A stretch of 64,000 bases of DNA from Candidatus Shapirobacteria bacterium. Its GTDB lineage: Bacteria > Patescibacteriota > Microgenomatia > UBA12405. The notes beneath the pieces were generated by a model. That model was not told where the DNA came from, searched no databases, and was given only the letters and a program-made list of their open reading frames with translations. Numbering within the stretch: position 1 is the stretch's first letter; every line of letters starts with the position of its first letter. The position numbers and the translations under genes were made by a program. Location: contig JBAYIT010000002.1 of the NCBI GenBank assembly GCA_041665485.1, positions 197,867-261,866 of the forward strand, in the 5' to 3' direction. Below are positions 57,654 to 64,000 of this stretch, one piece after another.

Positions 57654-59645
57654 ATGATAACACTAAAAGGAGTGGGGCCAGGCTCTCGGCAAAAGTTGGC
57701 CCGCCTCAAAATTATTGAATCCAGAGATCTCCTTTATCATTTTCCCCATCGCTACCTCGATTTTTCCCACCACCTTCCCATCAATAAAGCCACTCCTAAT
57801 CAAAATATCACCGTTTCCGGCAAACTAACTAGCCTTAAAAATATCTATACTAAAACCGGTAAAAATATTCAAATTGGCACCCTTGCTGACGAAACCGGTA
57901 GTCTCAATTTGATGTGGTTTAGCCAACCCTATCTTATTAAAAATTATTTTATAGGCGCAACCTATCTTTTTGCTGGCACCATTGTCCTCGTCAACAATCA
58001 CCCCACCCTTATCCACCCTTATTCGGGGCAGGGGAGTGCTGGCAAAATCATCGGCATCTACCCCGCCACGGCCGGGCTTACCTCCGCCTGGTTTCGTCGT
58101 CTTTTTCAAAACCATCTCATCTCTCTTCTCTCCACTCAAACAGAAACCCTTCCCCTAGAAACTCAAAATAAATTTAAACTCTTACCCCTAAATCAGGCAC
58201 TAAATTACATCCACCAGCCCCCAAATCTAACTCTTTTGAAACAGGCCAGAAGTCGCCTAAGCCTCGACGAAATTATTTCTCTTGAAGCTCAAAGTTATCT
58301 CCTCAAAAAGAAGGGTCAAGATTTGTCTCCCGCCAAAATCTTTAAAGAAAGCCCCCTTATCAATAAAAAAATTGACAAACTAATTAGTTCTCTTCCTTTC
58401 ACTCTCACCCCCTCTCAGCTTCAAGCTTGGCAAGAAATAAAAGCCGATCTTCTTTCCCTTAATCCTGCCAATCGGTTGCTTCTTGGCGACGTTGGTTCCG
58501 GTAAAACCATCATTGCCCTCCTTGCTTGTTATTTGGCCCACCTCAATCATGCCACCTCGCTAATTATCGCTCCCACCACCATTCTCTGTCATCAACACTT
58601 CAACAATCTTCAAAAACTTTTTTCCAATCTTCCTTTTTCTTTAATTACCGCCAAAACAGTCAAAAATCATCTACCTCTCCAGGGTTCAATTATTATTGCC
58701 ACCCATACGGCTATCCACCGTTCCAAAATTCTTTCCTCAAGTCTCGGCTTGGTTATTTTCGACGAACAACACAAATTTGGCGTCGACCAAAGGCAAGCTT
58801 TTTCTACCTCCTCGCCACCTCATTGTCTCACCATGAGTGCCACTCCCATCCCCCGAACCGTCAGCCTTACCCTCTTGTCTCACCTGCCCGTCTCCCGTCT
58901 TGAACCTCGGGAAAACTCTCATCCCCAAAAAACATTTCTTGTTCCCAGCTCCAAACAAATCGACTGTTACCGCTGGATGGAAAAAACTATCAATTCAACC
59001 CACCAACAAGCATTTATTGTCTGCCCGTTTATTGAAACTTCTCCCGATCTTCTCGGTGTTAAATCCGCTGTCGATGAATTCAAACGTCTCCAGCAAGATA
59101 TTTTTCCTAATCTCAAACTTGGTCTTCTTCATAGTCAGTTAAAAACTAAGGATAAAGAAGAATTAATGGCCAAGTTTGTTAAAAACGAAATTAATATCCT
59201 CGTCACCACACCTATTATCGAAGTCGGTATCGATATTCCCAACGCCAATATTATTGTCATCCAATCCGCCGAAAGGTTTGGTCTGGCTCAACTCCACCAA
59301 CTTCGGGGGCGGGTGGGGAGGGGAGAAAACCCCGGTTTCTGTTATCTTTTTGCCTCCTCTACCAGCCCTAAAAGTCGGCAACGTCTTAGTTTTTTCTCCT
59401 CTCATCACTCTGGCAATCAAATTGCCGAATATGATCTTAAAACCCGTGGTCCGGGAGAAGTCTTCTCCTCCCTCCAGCATGGTTTCCCCAATCTCAAGCT
59501 GGCCAATATCGAAGACCTGGCCCTCCTCTCCCTCGCCAAAGACGTCTTTCAGCATCTTCTTATTAATCACAATTCACTTGTCACTGATCACAGTTCACTG
59601 ATCACAAATCTCCCCCATTCCCAGCATTACACCACCACCAATTAA
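57654..59645 (+). CDS. recG: ATP-dependent DNA helicase RecG
   Basis: GDVGSGKT, DEQHKFGV, SATPIPRT, QLHQLRGRVGRG. Confidence 0.95.
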   Translation: MITLKGVGPGSRQKLARLKIIESRDLLYHFPHRYLDFSHHLPINKATPNQNITVSGKLTSLKNIYTKTGKNIQIGTLADETGSLNLMWFSQPYLIKNYFIGATYLFAGTIVLVNNHPTLIHPYSGQGSAGKIIGIYPATAGLTSAWFRRLFQNHLISLLSTQTETLPLETQNKFKLLPLNQALNYIHQPPNLTLLKQARSRLSLDEIISLEAQSYLLKKKGQDLSPAKIFKESPLINKKIDKLISSLPFTLTPSQLQAWQEIKADLLSLNPANRLLLGDVGSGKTIIALLACYLAHLNHATSLIIAPTTILCHQHFNNLQKLFSNLPFSLITAKTVKNHLPLQGSIIIATHTAIHRSKILSSSLGLVIFDEQHKFGVDQRQAFSTSSPPHCLTMSATPIPRTVSLTLLSHLPVSRLEPRENSHPQKTFLVPSSKQIDCYRWMEKTINSTHQQAFIVCPFIETSPDLLGVKSAVDEFKRLQQDIFPNLKLGLLHSQLKTKDKEELMAKFVKNEINILVTTPIIEVGIDIPNANIIVIQSAERFGLAQLHQLRGRVGRGENPGFCYLFASSTSPKSRQRLSFFSSHHSGNQIAEYDLKTRGPGEVFSSLQHGFPNLKLANIEDLALLSLAKDVFQHLLINHNSLVTDHSSLITNLPHSQHYTTTN

Positions 59646-59667
59646 GTCAATTGGGGAAAGCAAACAT

Positions 59668-60531
59668 TTATTTATTTACCAATCCCCATAGAAATCCGAT
59701 AAGTTTTCTATGAAATTCGTGTCCCGGCCTAATAAAACTCATATCTGCCTGTATCGGAAAACCCAACGTAGTCAAATCACCAATAATATCAAGTATTTTG
59801 TGACGAACGGGCTCCATTGGTTTTATTCCAGTAACCCAAACTCCATTGCTTCTAACCATGGCAGGGGAATCTTCCATTTTTTTAGGAAAAGCCCTAAGTA
59901 ATCTGATTGCCTTCAAATAATCGTCATTGGTCGGACAATCAACTCTGACAAACGGCCTCGCCCACATAATCTCACTCCAATAATTTTCCTGATTTAATTC
60001 TATCTTAAGATATTGATCTTCAAATAAACTTGAAAATTGGATTAATGCCGAAATTTTTGTCGTATCACACGGCCGGAAAATAACAAAAGACCCTAACCCA
60101 TCAGTAAAATAAATATCTTTCACCACCTTGGCACACAGCAAATCCTCCCTCGTATCTTTAATTCCGACCTTTTTAATCTCCCTACAAAATATTTTGGCAG
60201 TTCTGTCTGGAACCGGAACCTGACTACTACCTTCCAAATAAATATCCGCCGCAGTGACACCCATACCAGTTAAGGCTGACAACAAATGTTCCGTTAATCG
60301 AACCTCCTTTCCACTTCTGTTGGTCAAATAAGTGGCATGTATTCCATCCGTTGACTTAGTATTGGCACCAATAACTTTTATCTCTCCACCTCTAACAAAA
60401 AACCTAAATCCTGATTGGGCGGGCACAACCTTAACCCGAGTAGTATGGTTGTCTAGATATGGTGTTGGACCATCAACAATAAACGGTTCCCTAACGGTAC
60501 GTTGTTTACCAATCTTAATTAACTCAATCAT
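59668..60531 (-). CDS. LpxC-like zinc deacetylase
   Basis: TEHLLSAL, RHKILDIIGDL and GH motifs. Confidence 0.75.
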   Translation of the reverse strand: MIELIKIGKQRTVREPFIVDGPTPYLDNHTTRVKVVPAQSGFRFFVRGGEIKVIGANTKSTDGIHATYLTNRSGKEVRLTEHLLSALTGMGVTAADIYLEGSSQVPVPDRTAKIFCREIKKVGIKDTREDLLCAKVVKDIYFTDGLGSFVIFRPCDTTKISALIQFSSLFEDQYLKIELNQENYWSEIMWARPFVRVDCPTNDDYLKAIRLLRAFPKKMEDSPAMVRSNGVWVTGIKPMEPVRHKILDIIGDLTTLGFPIQADMSFIRPGHEFHRKLIGFLWGLVNK

Positions 60532-61268
60532 AATTGTGAATGTGCCAACCTAAATCCGACACGGGGATTTCTATCAATAACGTCAAAAACACGGCGACGA
60601 TGGACTCCGGGAGAAAATTTACACCTCCCCCAAGAACCTCCCTTCGCAATATAATAAGTTCCATCAGATTCAAACCCATTGGTTCCAGGTATTTCATATG
60701 TACCTTGGGTCATTTCGATCACATTGTATCCTATTTGATCTAATCCAAGATAATTCGGCTTCCATCTCAAATCCCCAACAGGAGCGCATCCAAACTCGTG
60801 ACCATCATTAAAAATATGACCAGCACCCATATCTGGTTCTTGTCCGTGCGGATATTCCCAACCATAAGGGGCAGCCACATAAACCCATTCAACCTCATTC
60901 GGAAGACGAAAAGTCATTCCGGTCACTTCGTTCAATCTTCTACAATATTCCATCACCTCATTATAAGTAACATCAACTACCGGATGATCATCTAGTTGAG
61001 AATGTGGCGATCGTTTATGTTTAGGAAAAAATATTTCAAAATCTTCATTCGTTACTTTGAACTTACAAATCCAAAAAGAGTCAACCGCTGCCATGTGGAC
61101 AGGTGTTTCATTGTGTCGATAACCTTCCACCCCACCAGACAAAGGTTTTCTAGTTCCTAATACCAAATCACCATCTGAAACTAAAATAAAATCCATTTGT
61201 CGCAACAGCTCCACCTTCTTTTGGTTATCCACCAATGGCTCTGCGGGCCTCTCAACACCTCTATACAT
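60528..61268 (-). CDS. FGE-sulfatase (SUMF1-like) domain protein
   Basis: HPVVDV, FRLPNEVEW, KGGSW, VGFRL. Confidence 0.85.
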   Translation of the reverse strand: MYRGVERPAEPLVDNQKKVELLRQMDFILVSDGDLVLGTRKPLSGGVEGYRHNETPVHMAAVDSFWICKFKVTNEDFEIFFPKHKRSPHSQLDDHPVVDVTYNEVMEYCRRLNEVTGMTFRLPNEVEWVYVAAPYGWEYPHGQEPDMGAGHIFNDGHEFGCAPVGDLRWKPNYLGLDQIGYNVIEMTQGTYEIPGTNGFESDGTYYIAKGGSWGRCKFSPGVHRRRVFDVIDRNPRVGFRLAHSQL

Positions 61269-61404
61269 GTCTTTTTTAATCTAACGTTATTCTACCACTA
61301 AATACCGCTAAAAACAACAGTACGGCCCATACATATCAGATATATCATTTTTTATTATTTCTTAGTTCTTGTCTCTTATCTCTGATTTACGCTATAATTC
61401 CCCC

Positions 61405-61557
61405 ATGACTGCTTTACCTAAACATTGGCCGAGTTCCCGCCGACAGGGAAAACGTCGGGCTACATTCAAAACCAAAAAAGTCGCCACTACCATAATTTGC
61501 CGTAACTGCGGTCAGCCCAAAAGGCCTAACTTCCGTTGCCAAAACTGCAATAAATAG
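61405..61557 (+). CDS. rpmF: 50S ribosomal protein L32
   Basis: MTALPK..S.RR..CRNCG..CQNC. Confidence 0.9.
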   Translation: MTALPKHWPSSRRQGKRRATFKTKKVATTIICRNCGQPKRPNFRCQNCNK

Positions 61558-61937
61558 TGAAAAGCTCCAAAGATCCACGCCATCTCCACCGGATTCGATT
61601 AATGCGCTCTCTTTTTGCCAAAAGTCTCTCCAGTGCTTCTCAAAACCCGGAAATCGATCCTATTGTCGCCAAACTCGACCAAATCGACGCCAAAATCACT
61701 CTCTATGCTCCCAAATGGCCAATAAATCAAATAAATAAAATTGACTTGGCCATCCTCCGTCTAAGTATTTGGGAACTACATTATGAAACTCAAACTCCTC
61801 CCAAAGTTATCATCGATGAAGCTGTCGAAATGGCCAAAACCTTTGGTAATGATGCCAGCCCGGGTTTCATCAACGGCGTTCTTGGCGCCGTTTTAAAACA
61901 GTTATCTAATCCCCATGAATCAACTCCCACATCTTGA
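61557..61937 (+). CDS. nusB: Transcription antitermination factor NusB
   Basis: IDLAILRL, IDEAVEMAK.FG, FINGVLG. Confidence 0.93.
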   Translation: MKSSKDPRHLHRIRLMRSLFAKSLSSASQNPEIDPIVAKLDQIDAKITLYAPKWPINQINKIDLAILRLSIWELHYETQTPPKVIIDEAVEMAKTFGNDASPGFINGVLGAVLKQLSNPHESTPTS

Positions 61938-62610
61938 AGCCAACCTCGGCTATCAATTTAAAGACAAAGTTCTCCTTCAACAGGCTCTAACTCATCGCTC
62001 TCATCTCAATGAAAATCGAAGTCTCAACCTTGTCTCCAACGAAAGGCTTGAGTTTTTAGGTGATGCCGTTCTTGAAACCTGGGCCTCAATTCGCCTTTAC
62101 CATCAGTTTCCCACCTCTCCTGAGGGCGATCTTACCAATCTTCGCTCTCTTTTAGTCCGCACCGAAAGTCTTTCCCAAACAGCCATTAAAATCGACCTTG
62201 GCAAGTTTGTTCTTCTAAGTAAAGGTGAAGAGGCCCACGGCGGTCGTCTTAATCAGTCAATTTTGGCCGATACTTTCGAAAGTATTATTGGTGCCATTTA
62301 CCTCGACGGCGGTTTTGCCAATAGTGATGCTTTTCTCGATCGTCTACTTCTCCCCAGCCTTGAAGTTATCCGCAACCAAAAAAACATCAAAGATCCCAAA
62401 AGCTATTATCAGGAAATTGCCCAAAACAAATTTAACCTCACCCCTCACTATCTTTCTCTCTCCGAATCCGGCCCCGATCACGCCAAAACCTTTGTTGTTG
62501 GTGTTTATCTTGGAGATAAGCTTATTGCCCAAGGCTCGGGAAACTCAAAACAAAAAGCTGAAGAATCCGCCGCCATTCTCGCCACCGAATTAACCCTTGA
62601 AACCAGATAA
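61915..62610 (+). CDS. rnc: Ribonuclease III
   Basis: NERLEFLGDAVL motif plus a dsRBD. Confidence 0.97.
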   Translation: MNQLPHLEANLGYQFKDKVLLQQALTHRSHLNENRSLNLVSNERLEFLGDAVLETWASIRLYHQFPTSPEGDLTNLRSLLVRTESLSQTAIKIDLGKFVLLSKGEEAHGGRLNQSILADTFESIIGAIYLDGGFANSDAFLDRLLLPSLEVIRNQKNIKDPKSYYQEIAQNKFNLTPHYLSLSESGPDHAKTFVVGVYLGDKLIAQGSGNSKQKAEESAAILATELTLETR

Positions 62611-62618
62611 ACTCTATG

Positions 62619-62724
62619 TACGTCATTGCGAGGACTCCGAAAGCTTTCGGAGGACGAAGCAATCTCGTCGAGATCACCACGGCCTTCGGCCTTCCGTCTG
62701 AGCCGGACGCGGCGCGATGACGTA
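62619..62724. repeat. Composite palindromic (REP/RPE-like) element
   Basis: Terminal TACGTCAT/ATGACGTA arms enclosing internal hairpins such as TCCGAAAGCTTTCGGA. Confidence 0.65.
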
Positions 62725-62779
62725 AAGTTATTAATTTTGGTTATTGGATATTAATCGATATTTGGTATAATTCCCCAGT

Positions 62780-63010
62780 ATGTTGAAAATCAAACTTTTC
62801 CCCAAAGGCAAAAAACATCAACGAACCTTCCGTATTGTCATTGCCGAAAATACAAGTAAATATAATGGAAATGTTGTCGATGACATTGGTTTCTTCACTC
62901 CTCAAACCGATACTTTAACTATCGATCAAGAGAAACTCAACTCCTGGATTAAAAAAGGCGCCAAGGCGACTGCCGGTGTCGACAAACTTCTTAAATCAAA
63001 GTCAAAATGA
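62780..63010 (+). CDS. rpsP: 30S ribosomal protein S16
   Basis: MLKIKL..G.K....FRIV..W..KGA. Confidence 0.93.
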   Translation: MLKIKLFPKGKKHQRTFRIVIAENTSKYNGNVVDDIGFFTPQTDTLTIDQEKLNSWIKKGAKATAGVDKLLKSKSK

Positions 63011-63282
63011 ACTCCCTCGTTAGCACTCTTGAACACATCATCAACGGTATAGTTTCCGATCCCTCCCAAATCGCCATCACCCAATCGGAAACCGACAACC
63101 CCCTCACCATCACCGTCACCGCTCCCGACGAAATTGTTGGCCAAATAATTGGTAAAGAAGGCAAGATAATCAAATCAATTCGCGCCATACTTAATCTCTG
63201 TTACCCCACCCAAAGATACATTCTTGATGTTAATCCGGATTCGAAAACTGCGACGCAAACGGATCAGCCCGATCATACCTAA
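63007..63282 (+). CDS. khpA: KH-domain RNA-binding protein (KhpA-like)
   Basis: GQIIGKEGKII motif; follows rpsP. Confidence 0.85.
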   Translation: MNSLVSTLEHIINGIVSDPSQIAITQSETDNPLTITVTAPDEIVGQIIGKEGKIIKSIRAILNLCYPTQRYILDVNPDSKTATQTDQPDHT

Positions 63283-63994
63283 TAAACTGCCCCTGATTCT
63301 CTTTGTTGTCACCCACCTTGTCTGGCAAAACAACTTTAAATCCATCCAAAAGCGATAATAAATCCATTTCCGAAGCACTTAGCTTTAGTTCCGATAATGC
63401 TATTTTGTCTACTTTGGTTAGTGTTGTTGCTGGTACAAAATAAGCGTTAACTTCCATTTCAAGAGAGGTTAAATCACCACTCGATTTGGCTTTCAAACTC
63501 TCAATTGAAACCACCGGCAAGCCCTTCTCCATCGCCACTAAATAATCTTCATATTTTTCCCTCGGCCCAACCAAACCGACTTTGATTCTCAATGGCACCG
63601 CCTGATTGGCCTTAACCATTTCTCCACCCCTAACCAATTCTCCCGGAGAAAGATCAAAGCTATCAACTTGGTAGCCAAACACCCCAGCCACACTTCTAAC
63701 CGTATCTAATAAATAATAAGCCTTATTATCGGAAAAAACAGCTTCGTTCAACAAATTAACCAGCTTCCCAATTTCTGTTTGATCAACCGATTCCAGATAA
63801 TCAACTTTAGCCTTTACTGCCACTAATTCTGTTCTTGCTCTACTGCTATCCTGGGAATACTCCATAATCTTGGCCACCATTCTTTGTCCCAAAACTAGAT
63901 AAAACAACACCCCTCCTCCTAAAATTACGCCCGGCAACCAGGCCAATTTCACTAATTGCCAATCTAAACTAAATATCGGTAATTTCTTTTTCAT
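63230..63994 (-). CDS. PilO-like membrane protein
   Basis: N-terminal TM, coiled coil, ferredoxin-like C-terminal pattern; ends R.DPF. Confidence 0.5.
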   Translation of the reverse strand: MKKKLPIFSLDWQLVKLAWLPGVILGGGVLFYLVLGQRMVAKIMEYSQDSSRARTELVAVKAKVDYLESVDQTEIGKLVNLLNEAVFSDNKAYYLLDTVRSVAGVFGYQVDSFDLSPGELVRGGEMVKANQAVPLRIKVGLVGPREKYEDYLVAMEKGLPVVSIESLKAKSSGDLTSLEMEVNAYFVPATTLTKVDKIALSELKLSASEMDLLSLLDGFKVVLPDKVGDNKENQGQFIRYDRADPFASQFSNPD

Positions 63995-64000
63995 TTTTTT

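Noticed and set aside
60528-60660. FGE protein C-terminus as a second DGR target
   Set aside because: It has the GGSW..GFR protein motif but no nucleotide similarity to the TR; mismatches are not limited to adenines.

Overview
The window looks like chromosome from a small-genome Patescibacteria/CPR (Microgenomates-like) bacterium; this is inferred from gene content and apparent leaderless promoters. The left ~23.2 kb is a conjugative-type integrated element. It carries VirB4/VirB6/pilin-like genes, an M23 peptidase, a coupling protein, a Replic_Relax-type protein and a large serine recombinase whose ORF ends inside tRNA-Leu(GAG). Inside the element is a complete diversity-generating retroelement (Avd, TR, RT). 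Its 116-bp variable repeat differs from TR at 16 sites, all of them TR adenines. The VR lies internally in a 1626-aa surface protein that is followed by a MacB/LolD-type ABC ATPase and permease. A paralogous module (giant protein with a different, non-diversified lectin-like tip, ATPase, permease, small membrane-anchored protein) sits just outside the element, next to an AAA-ATPase/S8-protease (IetAS-like) pair. The rest is housekeeping DNA: tgt, efp, tig, thrS-infC-rpmI-rplT-pheST, PBP1A, recG, rpmF-nusB-rnc and rpsP, with 14 tRNAs in the whole window. Oddities there include Thr- and Phe-rich leader-peptide attenuators, a PheT-AlaX fusion, an LpxC-like gene, a DRG-type GTPase, an orphan CIRCE and several repeat families. 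All calls were made by eye, without database searches.
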